NCBI GenBank assembly: GCA_037189525.1
Contig: JBBCJC010000005.1
Coordinates: forward strand, 448,001-512,000
From: Gemmatimonadales bacterium
Lineage (GTDB): Bacteria; Gemmatimonadota; Gemmatimonadetes; Gemmatimonadales; GWC2-71-9
Direction of reading: 5' to 3'
Length of the DNA: 64,000 nucleotides
Of the stretch, positions 21,489 to 31,500 are shown piece after piece; within the stretch, counting starts at the first letter, position 1, and each line of letters starts with the position of its first letter. The notes under the pieces are model-generated. The model made no database searches and was not told the origin of the DNA. It was given only the letters and a program-made list of their open reading frames with translations. The position numbers and the translations under genes were made by a program.

Positions 21489-21806
21489 ATGGCGTGGGTC
21501 GTTCTGGTCGTTGCCGGCCTGTTCGAAGTCGGGTGGGCAATCGGCCTCAAGTACACCGATGGATTCAGCCGAGTTGGGCCGAGCATCCTCACCGTGTTGT
21601 CGATCGTGGCCAGCATGGGACTCCTGGCAGTCAGCCTGAAAACGCTCCCGGTCGGTATCGCCTATCCGATCTGGACGGGTATCGGCACCGTGGGGGCGGC
21701 GGCGCTGGGGGTGATCCTGTTCAAGGAAGTGCTTTCGGCTACGCAGGTCCTCTTTCTGTTGATGATCGTCGTCGGTATCCTGGGCCTCAAATTTTCGGTC
21801 AAGTGA
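21489..21806 (+). CDS. gdx: Guanidinium exporter, SMR family (SugE/Gdx)
   Basis: MAWVVLVVAGLFEVGWAIGLKYTDGF, WTGIG; guanidine riboswitch upstream. Confidence 0.92.
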   Translation: MAWVVLVVAGLFEVGWAIGLKYTDGFSRVGPSILTVLSIVASMGLLAVSLKTLPVGIAYPIWTGIGTVGAAALGVILFKEVLSATQVLFLLMIVVGILGLKFSVK

Positions 21807-21816
21807 GGAGGTCCGG

Positions 21817-22245
21817 ATGCGGTTTTCCCTGATCATCATCCCGCTCGTCATGGGCGCCTTTGCACTGGTCAACGCCCGTAAGCTGGGCAAGAATCCGGAG
21901 ATCCGGCGGGACCATGTGCAGATGCTCTATGCCATGGGCGCCCTACTGCTGTTGCTGCCGGTGGCCCTCGAGCTCGGGATCTGGGGCCTGGCCGTCATCC
22001 TGGTCATCGCGGGCATCATCTACCTCTGGCTGGCGCAGCAAGCTGCGCACCTGCCGGGCGCCAATCCGCGCGGCGACGTTCTGATGGCCTGCATCCTGTT
22101 CGTTGCCGGAGGGCTCTGCGGCTGGACGGCGCTGACGGGCCGTCCGGTCCCGCCCTGGGTCATCCTGCTGCTCCTGCTGGTCGGCGCGGTGGGGCGGCCG
22201 CTCCTCAAACGCCTGGGCCGACCGCCCGCCCAGGGCGGCGCCTGA
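21817..22245 (+). CDS. Hypothetical membrane protein
   Basis: Strong GAGGAGG SD; about 5 hydrophobic segments. Confidence 0.65.
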   Translation: MRFSLIIIPLVMGAFALVNARKLGKNPEIRRDHVQMLYAMGALLLLLPVALELGIWGLAVILVIAGIIYLWLAQQAAHLPGANPRGDVLMACILFVAGGLCGWTALTGRPVPPWVILLLLLVGAVGRPLLKRLGRPPAQGGA

Positions 22246-22357
22246 CCGTTCGCCCCGGCGCCATCGAAGTCTCCAGGTAACTCCCGGTCCGGACAGCGCG
22301 CAGTAGATTTCGGGATTCCCCTTTGAACCCGTGAGGGCATCCGCCCGGGAGGCTCCG

Positions 22358-22843
22358 ATGAGATACGCTCGTCCTGCCATCGTCGTCTGGTCGCTGCTGG
22401 CCATCGTCGGGTGCGGTCGCAAACCCGCTGCCGACCAGGAAACGCCGCCGGCTTCAGCGCCGGCCGACACTGCGGCGGCTGCGCATGCGGGCCACGGCGC
22501 CGGGCACACGATCGTCGATCGTGACTGGCACCTGACCTCGGTCGGCACCCTGGTCAATCCTCGCGGTGCCGGCGACCAGCCCGTCACACTCCGATTCGAC
22601 ACGGCCGCCAACCGCGCCGCCGGCTTCGCAGGCTGCAACCGCTACTCGGCCAACTATGCTCTGGTCGGCGACAGCCTGCGCTTCCTGGCCCCGATCTCGA
22701 CCAAGATGGCCTGCGATCGCGGCATGGATGTCGAAGACGCCTATCTCAAGGTGCTCGAGCAGGTCCTGTCCTACACAGCAACCGACTCGACCCTGACGCT
22801 GACCGGCGCCTCCGGGTCGCTGGCCCAGTTCCGCGCTCCTTGA
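22358..22843 (+). CDS. META (HslJ) domain lipoprotein
   Basis: IVGC lipobox; GFAGCNRY and STKMAC motifs. Confidence 0.85.
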   Translation: MRYARPAIVVWSLLAIVGCGRKPAADQETPPASAPADTAAAAHAGHGAGHTIVDRDWHLTSVGTLVNPRGAGDQPVTLRFDTAANRAAGFAGCNRYSANYALVGDSLRFLAPISTKMACDRGMDVEDAYLKVLEQVLSYTATDSTLTLTGASGSLAQFRAP

Positions 22844-22884
22844 GGGAGACGGCTCCTCGGATGCACCGGTAACCGGTTAGGCGG

Positions 22885-23616
22885 ATGGCGCTCCGGGAAG
22901 AACTGGAACGGAGCGGCGCCTGGCTCTTCCGATATCGGAGCTGGGTTCCGCCCCTCGTGCTCGTGCTGCTCATCTTTGCGGGGTCCGGCGGCAAAGATCC
23001 CGCAGGACTTTCACCGATCGGGACGGTCATCGGCCTGTGCGTAGCTGGCCTCGGACTCCTCCTCCGCGCCTGGGTCATCGGCCATGCCCCCTCGGGAACC
23101 TCGGGCAAAAACCGGGCGCTGCAGGTCGCGGACTCCCTCAGTACCACGGGCCCCTATTCCCTGGTTCGCCATCCCCTTTACCTGGCCAATTACCTGCTCT
23201 GGATCGGCCCGGCTCTGGCTCTGGGCATCTGGTGGCCCCCGGTTCTCGTTTCGCTCCTCTTCGCGTTATACTACGAGCGCATCATGTTCGTCGAGGAGGA
23301 ATTCCTCCGACGGACGTTCGGGCCCCGGTATCTCACGTGGGCCGCCCAAACTCCTGCATTCGTTCCACGTTTCTCCTGCTGGCAGCCCGCAGCCCTGCGA
23401 TTTTCGCTGCGGACGGTGCTTCGGCAAGAGTACTACGCATGGTTCTCGACGGTGGCACTCTTCGTGCTCCTCGAGGTGGGAATCCGGTTCGTCGACACCG
23501 GCCGATTGGCGCTTCCCCGTCCCTGGATCGGGTTGCTGCTGGTCACTGCGGTCGTCGCTAGTGTGTTGCGCACACTTCAACGGTACACCAAGGTGCTCCA
23601 TGTCGAAGGCCGCTAG
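22885..23616 (+). CDS. ICMT/PEMT-family membrane methyltransferase, LmtA (lipid A phosphate methyltransferase)-like
   Basis: GPYSLVRHPLY, YYERIMFVEE; the N-terminus WLFRYRSW and GTSG resemble LmtA as recalled. Confidence 0.75.
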   Translation: MALREELERSGAWLFRYRSWVPPLVLVLLIFAGSGGKDPAGLSPIGTVIGLCVAGLGLLLRAWVIGHAPSGTSGKNRALQVADSLSTTGPYSLVRHPLYLANYLLWIGPALALGIWWPPVLVSLLFALYYERIMFVEEEFLRRTFGPRYLTWAAQTPAFVPRFSCWQPAALRFSLRTVLRQEYYAWFSTVALFVLLEVGIRFVDTGRLALPRPWIGLLLVTAVVASVLRTLQRYTKVLHVEGR

Positions 23617-24346
23617 GCTCGCCATTGGTTTCTCCCTGGTCGGATCGCTCTTCCCCGCTTTATCCTCAGCGCAACAGACTCAATCCTTCGCCGTTCCCGA
23701 CCTGCCAACTCTGGAATTCAGCCGGGTTCCGATTCTCGACCGGGACGAGGGGCTCAAGGTCGCCGGCCTGGTCCTGCTGGCCGCCACATTGGACGGGACG
23801 GTGCAGCGCCAGTCGCAGGCGATGCGCGGCTCCGGCAGCAATCGGGTGGCCGAATGGGGCAATGCCGCCGGCCACCTGCGTTACATGGGGCCGGTCCTCG
23901 CGGCAGGCTGGGCGGTGGGCCAGATCGGCGGCCGCTCCCAGCTTTCCCGCGCAACCGCACAGGCCACCAGTTCGGGCCTGATTGCCGGTGGCATCGTCAC
24001 CGTCCTCAAACGGGGATTCGGGCGGCTCCGTCCGCGAGACGGTTCCTCGGAGCATTTCGCCCCGTTCAGCGACCATAGCGCGTTCCCCTCAGGCCACACC
24101 ACCCTTGCCGTCGCCATTGCCACCAGCCTGGCACACTCGACCGAGAACAAGACCGTCGACGCCATGCTCTATGGCACCGCGGCGCTGACGGGATTCGCGC
24201 GTATCAACGACAACAAGCACTGGTTTTCCGACGTCGTGGCGGGCGCCGCCCTGGGCTACCTGGTGGGCCGGCAAGTCAACGCAGGCCTCAAGGACACTCG
24301 GCCGCTGATCGGGCCCGGCCTGGCGGGGTTGTCGATCTCCTTCTGA
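23600..24346 (+). CDS. PAP2-family phosphatase
   Basis: KRGFGRLRP, PSGH and ARINDNKHWFSD motifs; signal peptide. Confidence 0.85.
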   Translation: MSKAARLAIGFSLVGSLFPALSSAQQTQSFAVPDLPTLEFSRVPILDRDEGLKVAGLVLLAATLDGTVQRQSQAMRGSGSNRVAEWGNAAGHLRYMGPVLAAGWAVGQIGGRSQLSRATAQATSSGLIAGGIVTVLKRGFGRLRPRDGSSEHFAPFSDHSAFPSGHTTLAVAIATSLAHSTENKTVDAMLYGTAALTGFARINDNKHWFSDVVAGAALGYLVGRQVNAGLKDTRPLIGPGLAGLSISF

Positions 24347-24454
24347 ACGGTTCTCTCCTGGAAAGCGCACCATCGAGTTTGACGTAACCCGGTCCGCCCA
24401 TCCGTAGTTAGATTCATGGCAGTTCCAACCGCAATCTCATTCTCGAGAGAGACC

Positions 24455-25579
24455 ATGACGTCACGTCGCACCTTCGTCCGTTCCCTGGCCGCCACCAGCG
24501 GTGCGCTGTCTTTCGGCCTGCCGAAGGGCCTCTGGGAACGAGCCGAAGCGCTTCCGCGCCAAGGCAAGCCGCTCAACATTCTGATTCTGGGAGGGACCGG
24601 ACAGACGGGGCCATTCCAGATTCACTACGCCGTGGCCCGCGGGCACAAGGTGACGGTGTTCAACCGTGGCCGGCGTCAGGCGGAGCTGCCCGCCGGCGTC
24701 GAGCACCTGGTCGGCGACCGGAACGACAACCTCGAAGCGTTGAAGGGCAGCAAGACGTGGGATGTCATCATCGACAACCCGACCACGTTTCCCCGCTGGG
24801 TCCGCAGCGCCGGCGAGGTCCTCAAGGGGCGGACCGGCCAGTACGTTTTCATCTCGACCATTTCGGTTTTCGACAAGTGGGACCAGCCGAACATGGACGA
24901 GAATGCGCCGCTCGCGACCATGCCCGATCCCACGGTCGAAAACATGCAGTATTACGGCGCGATGAAAGCGCTCTCCGAACAGGAATCGGAGAAGTACTAC
25001 CCCGGCAAAGTCACCGTGATCCGGCCCGGACTCATCTCCGGACCGCGGGATGAGACCGACCGATTCAGCTACTGGCCGATCCGGGTTGCCCGCGGCGGAG
25101 AGGTTCTGACCGCGCCGCTCGATCACTTCGCCCAGATCATCGACGGCCGCGACCTCGCCGAATGGACCATTCGGATGTGCGAGGCGCGAACCTATGGCAT
25201 CTATAACGCCACCGGACTGTCCATGACCCACGGCGAGATGCTGAACGGGATCCGATCTGCACTCGCGAGCGAAATCCAGGGGACGGTCACACTGACCTCG
25301 CCCGACCTCGCGTTCCTCAGGGAACAGAAGGTTCGGCCCTGGTCCGAATTGCCGGTCTGGATGCCCAATGAAGGTGACACCAAGTACTGGAACAAATGCA
25401 TCGTCTCGAAAGCGATCGCAGCCGGTCTGACTTTCCGGCCGTTTGCCACCACGGTGCAGGATACGCTTGCTTGGCACAAGACGCGCCCCGCTGAGAGCCA
25501 GGCCAAGCTCCGCTCCGGCTTGGCACCGGAGCGCGAGGCGGAACTCCTCAAGGCGTGGCACGCCCGGAAACCATCCTGA
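24455..25579 (+). CDS. Tat-signal NAD(P)-dependent epimerase/dehydratase (extended SDR)
   Basis: SRRTFV Tat motif; ILGGTG Rossmann fold, YGAMK (YxxxK). Confidence 0.85.
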   Translation: MTSRRTFVRSLAATSGALSFGLPKGLWERAEALPRQGKPLNILILGGTGQTGPFQIHYAVARGHKVTVFNRGRRQAELPAGVEHLVGDRNDNLEALKGSKTWDVIIDNPTTFPRWVRSAGEVLKGRTGQYVFISTISVFDKWDQPNMDENAPLATMPDPTVENMQYYGAMKALSEQESEKYYPGKVTVIRPGLISGPRDETDRFSYWPIRVARGGEVLTAPLDHFAQIIDGRDLAEWTIRMCEARTYGIYNATGLSMTHGEMLNGIRSALASEIQGTVTLTSPDLAFLREQKVRPWSELPVWMPNEGDTKYWNKCIVSKAIAAGLTFRPFATTVQDTLAWHKTRPAESQAKLRSGLAPEREAELLKAWHARKPS

Positions 25580-26931
25580 GTACGACCGCCCCGACCGGGC
25601 CGAGTGCTCCGGTCACCCGCTTGCTGCAGCGTGTCGTCGAGGTGCGCCCGGATGAAGTCCGGGCGCTCCTGCTTTCCTGCGGGTACTTCTTCTGCATTCT
25701 CTCGGCCTGGTTCATCATGCGGCCGATTCGCGAGCAGACCGGTGTGGCCGGCGGGATCAACAACCTGCCCTGGCTCTACACCGGCACCCTGATCGCAACG
25801 CTGGTGGTGCATCCGCCCTTTGCCGCGCTGGTTGCGCGGCTGCCGCGCCGGACCTTCGTCACCATCGCCAACCGGTTTTTTCTCACCAACATCCTGATTT
25901 TTTTCGGGCTCTTCCAGACGCTGCCGGAGTCGCAGCTGGTCTGGCTGGGCCGGGCCTTCTTCGTCTGGACCAGCGTCTTCAGCCTCTTCGTGACGTCGGT
26001 CTTCTGGTCGTTCATGGTCGACGTCTTCCGGACCGACCAGGCCAAGCGGCTCTTCGGTTTCATCGGGTTCGGCGGAACGTTAGGCAGCGTGACCGGCGCG
26101 GCCGTGACCGCCACGCTCGCGCCCCGGATCGGACCGGTCTATCTCTTCCTCGCCTCCGCTGTGCTGCTCGAGCTGGCGGTGCAATGCGCCCGCCGCCTGG
26201 GTACGGCGTCGGCCTCTCTGGGAAAATCCGCGAACGCTGCCGCGGGCGAGGCGCTGATCGGCGGGCAGGCGTTGGCCGGCATCAAGCATGTCCTGCGGTC
26301 GCCCTACCTGCTCAATATCTGCCTGTACATGCTGTTGTTTACGATCGGGTCGACCGTCCTGTATTTCCAGCAAGCCCAGATTGCGGTGCAGTCCTTTACC
26401 GACCGGGCGGGACAGACGGCGTTTTTTGCGCGGATCGACCTCGCCGTCAATATCCTGACCCTGCTCACGCAGGCGTTCCTGACAGGCCGTCTGATCAAGA
26501 CGCTGGGCGTGTCGATCACGCTGGCCTTGCTCCCGGCGCTGACCCTGATCGGCTTCCTGGCGCTGGGGACTTTCCCGGTTCTCGTGGTATTCGTGGTGTT
26601 TCAGGTGCTCAGGCGGGCGGGCGAGTATGCCGTCGCGCGACCGACGCGCGAGGTGCTCTACACCGTGCTCGATCGGGAGGACAAATACAAGGCCAAGCAC
26701 TTCATCGACACGTTCGTCTATCGCGGGGGCGACCAGGTCGGGGCGTGGAGCATGCGCGGGCTGACGGCGCTCGGGCTCGGATTTGCCGGCGCGTCCTACC
26801 TGGCCGCTCCCTTTGCCGCCATCTGGTTAGGCATTGCGCTCTGGCTGGGCCGCCGCCATGCCGTGCTGGCGCAGCTCAGCGAGGCGGGTCGAGTTCCAGC
26901 AGCGCCAGGCGGCTCGACGCAATCCCTCTGA
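25576..26931 (+). CDS. MFS transporter of the NTT/TLC nucleotide-exchanger-like group (start uncertain: CTG 25576 or GTG 25555)
   Basis: About 12 TM helices; RPIRE, FWSFMVD, AKRLFG, RPTRE, KYKAKHFIDTFVYRGGD. Confidence 0.8.
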   Translation: MSTTAPTGPSAPVTRLLQRVVEVRPDEVRALLLSCGYFFCILSAWFIMRPIREQTGVAGGINNLPWLYTGTLIATLVVHPPFAALVARLPRRTFVTIANRFFLTNILIFFGLFQTLPESQLVWLGRAFFVWTSVFSLFVTSVFWSFMVDVFRTDQAKRLFGFIGFGGTLGSVTGAAVTATLAPRIGPVYLFLASAVLLELAVQCARRLGTASASLGKSANAAAGEALIGGQALAGIKHVLRSPYLLNICLYMLLFTIGSTVLYFQQAQIAVQSFTDRAGQTAFFARIDLAVNILTLLTQAFLTGRLIKTLGVSITLALLPALTLIGFLALGTFPVLVVFVVFQVLRRAGEYAVARPTREVLYTVLDREDKYKAKHFIDTFVYRGGDQVGAWSMRGLTALGLGFAGASYLAAPFAAIWLGIALWLGRRHAVLAQLSEAGRVPAAPGGSTQSL

Positions 26932-27748
26932 GGCCGTCCGTTCGGTCGGCAAAATAGGAATCCTGCTCGGCCGGTCCGACGGTTTCCAAAACCCGGAAGC
27001 CGGTCGCCTCGACGGCGGCCACGAATGCGGCTTCCGTCGGCTGCGCACGATGCGCCCCAAAGCGTCCCTGCGCAAACGACTCCAGCGCCCGATCTTTGGT
27101 CCGCGGCCCGGAGTCTCCAGCAACGACATAGTCGACCGCGACCCGACTGCCGGGGGCCGCGACCTCCGCCAGACCATGCAGGACATCGACCAACCGATGC
27201 CCGTCGAGGCAGCGCGAGAAGCCCATCCAGGAAAAGAACGCGGGCCGGTGAAAGCGAAAGGTCGAGCGGCGGAGCGCCTCATGCAGCGGCTCGCGCGCGT
27301 CGTCCATCGCAATCCATTCGAGGTTATCGGGCTCGAGCCCCAGACTGCTGACCCGATCACGCTTGGCGCGCTGAGCGGCCGCGCGATCGACCTCGAAGAC
27401 CCTGAGCTGATTGGCCAGATCGGTGCGCCTGAGCGCAAACGAATCGAGCCCCGCCCCGACCAGGACGTACTGCCGCCCTCCGGCCTCGACGAAATGCTCG
27501 AGCCAGTCTTCGACGATTCGAGCCTGATACAGCAGATGGCCCCGAAACGGCCGGTACTTTCCGTAGAGTTGCTCGAACACGAAGTGTCGGAGAAACCCGT
27601 AACGGCAGATGGCGCGCCACCCCGGGCTCGCAAGCCGGAGCGCAAACGGATCAGCGAAAATGAGCGGCCGTTCGTCCCGGTAATGCGCTGCACGGAACGC
27701 TGCCGCCAGGTCGGCGACCCGATCAGGCAAAGCAGTCAGCATCGGCAA
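26876..27748 (-). CDS. SAM-dependent methyltransferase (LCM/YktD family)
   Basis: AAFRA, DPFA, QYVLVGAGLDS and FEVD motifs. Confidence 0.78.
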   Translation of the reverse strand: MPMLTALPDRVADLAAAFRAAHYRDERPLIFADPFALRLASPGWRAICRYGFLRHFVFEQLYGKYRPFRGHLLYQARIVEDWLEHFVEAGGRQYVLVGAGLDSFALRRTDLANQLRVFEVDRAAAQRAKRDRVSSLGLEPDNLEWIAMDDAREPLHEALRRSTFRFHRPAFFSWMGFSRCLDGHRLVDVLHGLAEVAAPGSRVAVDYVVAGDSGPRTKDRALESFAQGRFGAHRAQPTEAAFVAAVEATGFRVLETVGPAEQDSYFADRTDGLRGIASSRLALLELDPPR

Positions 27749-27827
27749 TTCGATTTGTTGAGGCTTGGTCCTACGATGGCCAGCGGTACAATACCGTCTA
27801 CCGGCGATTTTGGCGAGGGGTCCGACA

Positions 27828-27857
27828 GCCCTGGCGCCTCATCACAGGCGCCAGGGC
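27828..27857 (-). terminator. Hairpin downstream of the peroxiredoxin gene
   Basis: GCCCTGGCGCCT-N6-AGGCGCCAGGGC perfect 12-bp stem; weak U-tract. Confidence 0.55.
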
Positions 27858-27867
27858 CGAAAGTCGG

Positions 27868-28503
27868 TCAGCGATTCGGCTGAGGCGTAACTCGGAGGTA
27901 GGGCTTCTTGGTAACCCACCCCTTGGGGAACTTGGTTTTGGCGTCGTCGTCGGAGACGGCCGGGACGATGATGACGTCCTGCCCGTCCGTCCAGTCAGCC
28001 GGCGTCGAGACCTGGTAGGTGGCCGTCAGCTGAAGCGAGTCGATGACCCGCAGGATCTCCTCGAAGTTCCGTCCGGTGCTGGCCGGATAGGTCAGCGTCA
28101 GCTTGATCTTGTTGTCGGGCCCGATCACGAAGACCGACCGGACCGTCATCGTATCGGAGGCATTGGGGTGGATCATGCCGTAGAGGCCCGCAACGGCGCG
28201 ATCCGGATCACCGATCATGGGGAAGTTGACGGTGTTGCCGGTGACTTCGGCAATGTCACCCTCCCATTGAACGTGCGACGTGACCGGGTCGACGCTCAGG
28301 CCGATGACCTTGGTATTGCGCCGGTCGAACTCGGGCTTGAGCTTGGCAACCGCACCCAGTTCGGTGGTACAGACCGGCGTGAAGTCCTTCGGATGAGAAA
28401 AGAGCACCGCCCAGCTGGTGCCTTTCCACTCATGAAACCGGAGGGAACCCGCGGTCGTATCCGCCGTGAAATCCGGGGCGATGTCGCCGAGCTGCAGTGC
28501 CAT
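27868..28503 (-). CDS. 1-Cys peroxiredoxin (Prx6)
   Basis: FSHPKDFTPVCTTE, YPASTGRNF, C-terminal PYLR. Confidence 0.93.
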   Translation of the reverse strand: MALQLGDIAPDFTADTTAGSLRFHEWKGTSWAVLFSHPKDFTPVCTTELGAVAKLKPEFDRRNTKVIGLSVDPVTSHVQWEGDIAEVTGNTVNFPMIGDPDRAVAGLYGMIHPNASDTMTVRSVFVIGPDNKIKLTLTYPASTGRNFEEILRVIDSLQLTATYQVSTPADWTDGQDVIIVPAVSDDDAKTKFPKGWVTKKPYLRVTPQPNR

Positions 28504-28577
28504 GTCGAGCCATCCTTTACAAGGGGTTGAGGAACCCTCGCAAACTAGTCGGCAGCCCCGATCCGGCAAGATCCGGT

Positions 28578-31500
28578 TCAGGCACCTCGGCGGTTCACGG
28601 CACGACGCGCCACCCATCGCTCGACCACGACATACAGGGTCGGTAACACCACCAGGGTGAGGGCGGTCGCCGTAACCAATCCGCCGATCACGACGGTCGC
28701 CAGCGGACGCTGGAGTTCCGCGCCCGGTGAGGTCGACAGCGCCATCGGTACGAAGCCGAACCCGGCCACCAGCGCCGTCATCAGCACCGGCCGAAGTCGG
28801 GTCGATGCGCCCTCGAGCACCGCGTCTTCGAGTGTCGAGCCGGCCGCACGGAGTTCGTTGATATAGCTCACCATCACGACACCATTGAGGACCGCAATAC
28901 CGAAGAGCGCAATGAAGCCGATCGCGGCCGAGATACTGAGGTTGAGCCCGCTGATCCAAAGGGCCGCGACCCCGCCAACCAGAGCGAACGGCACGTTGGT
29001 CATGATCAGCGCCGCGTGACGCCCAGTGCCGAACGCCCAGAAGAGCAGCAGAAAAATTCCCAGGATGGCCAGCGGTACCAGAATCCCCAGCCGCTTCATG
29101 GCGCTCCGCTGGTGCTGATACTGGCCGCCCCACTCGAAGCGATACCCTTCAGGCAACGGCACCGCCTTGGCCAGCGCCGCCGAGGCATCTTCGACGAAGC
29201 TGCCGACATCCCGACCCCGAATGTTGGCGCCGACGACAACCATGCGCTCAGCCCCTTCGTGCGCAAACGCTTCGGGCGCCTCGACGACCCGGAGTCGCGC
29301 CACCGCGGCAAGCGGAACGCGCCCTCCGGCCTGAGTCGGCACCGGCAGCTCCGCAAACCCTTCGGGACTCAGAGTCGACGCGCCGGGCATCCGTATCGCC
29401 ACTCCGATCCGGCGAGGACCATCGACCACCGTCGTCGCCACCGAGGCGCCGAGCGCCAGCTCGACCTCGCGTCCGACATCGGCAGCTCCGATGCCGTACC
29501 TGGCCAGCGCGTCGCGATCCAGATCGAGCTGCATCTGATGCACCCGCGCCGCCGCCGTTGCCTTGACCTCGGCCGCGCCGCGAACATCGCGCAGCACCGA
29601 TTCCACCCGGCCCGCGAGCGTAGCCAGCCGATCGGGATCGGCACCGATGACTTTGACTCCGACATCGGTAGTAATGCCGCTCTCGGCTTCATCGAGACGC
29701 ATCTGAATCGGCTGGGTGAACGCGTAGTTGATCCCGGGCACTTCGCGAAGCGCGCTGTCCATGGCCGCCAGCAGCGCATCCTTCCCGCCGCGACGCCAGG
29801 TCTTGCGCGGCTCCAGGATAATGTAGGTATCGGACTCGTAGGTGCCCATCGCCTCGGTGGCCAGATCCGGCCGGCCGAGCTTGGACACGACGGTGCGTAC
29901 CTCCGGCAATCCCTGGAGGGACCGCTCGATGGCCAGCGAGTACTCGACCCCATCACCCAGCGCCGTCGACGGCAGCCGGCGCGCCTGGACCAGCACGCTG
30001 CCCTCATCGAGCCGAGGCATGAACTCCCGGCCGAGTTGCCCGATCCCGATGATCGCCAGAACGATCAACGCCCCTGCCCCGGCAAAGACCGACGTCTGGC
30101 GCACCAGCGTCCCTTCGAGCAACCGACGGTACCGCGCCTTGAGGCGTTCGAACCCGGCCGAGTGGGGCTCGTGGGCGTGAGCCAGCCAGGTGCGCGCAGC
30201 TGCCGGCACCACGGTGAGGGCCAGCACCAGCGACCCGAGCACCGCCACCACCACGGTGAACGCCATGGGCACGAACATTTTTCGCTCGGTACCCTGGAGG
30301 GCAAAGAGCGGGAGATACACTGCAATGATGATGATGATCCCGAAGAGGACCGGCCGGCCGACCTCTCGCGCCGCGCGATGCAGTCGATCGGTCGTATCTT
30401 CGGCGGACTCCGGTCCGGTCGCCGAGCGGCGCAACATGTTCTCGATCATCACGACGGATCCGTCGACCAGCAGGCCGAAGTCGAGCGCGCCCAGGCTCAT
30501 CAGATTGGCGGAGAATCCGAACCACTTCATCGCGACGAAGGCCCAGAGCATCGACAGCGGAATCACCGCGGCGACGATCAGGCTCGCGGTCACGTTGCGA
30601 AGGAAGACCCAGAGCAGCACCACCACCAGCATGCCACCCATGACCAGATTTTTTCCGATCGTGGCGGTCGTCTGTTCCACCAGCTCGGTCTGATCGTAGA
30701 AGGCCACCAGTTCGACACCCGGCGGCAGCGTCGTGGTGATCTCGTCCACGCGGGCTTTGATGCGGGCAATGACACGCTGGGCGTTCTCGCCCTTCCGCAT
30801 GATCACCATGCCCGAGACCACTTCGCCCTTGCCGTCCCAGGTAATGGCGCCCTGCCGAGGTAGCGACCCGGTGGTCACCTGCGCGATGTCGCGAATCAGG
30901 ATCGGGACGCCACCTCGCGTGGCCACGGGCACCCGCTCGATATCGGCCGGCCCGGTAAGTCGTCCACGGCCATATACGATGAAACGCTCACCCCGCTCCT
31001 CGGTGTGCGCGCCGCCGAAGTTGGTATTGTTGGCCGCAAGCGCCGCTTCGACCTGGGACAACGACAGTCCAGCCAGGGCAAGACGGCGCGGATCAACCAC
31101 GACATGATACTGCTCGGTCTCACCGCCCCAGCTGTTGACTTCCGCCACGCCCGGCACCGTCCGCAGCATCGGCGCCAAGGTATAGTCCTGGAGCGTCTTG
31201 AGCTGGCCGAGTCCCCACTCCTTCGTCCGGCTGGTGAGCACGTACTGGTACACTTCGCCCATGGCGGTCGAGACGGGACCCAGCACGGGTGTTACCCCGG
31301 CAGGCAGGTCCGCGGCGACATCACCGAGCCGCTGCGCAACCAGTTGCCGCGCAAAGTAGCCGTCAACCCGATCTTCGAAGATGACCTGGGTGATCGCCAG
31401 CCCGAACTTGGTGGTCGAACGTACCGCCGTGGCGCCCGGCAGGCCGAGCAGAGCCCGTTCGATCGGAAAGGTGACCAGCTGCTCGACTTCCTGCGGCGCA

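Noticed and set aside
7465..21806. A single guanidine-catabolism regulon linking the ureohydrolase, cysteine hydrolase and gdx
   Set aside because: The genes lie in separate transcription units, and only gdx has a guanidine riboswitch
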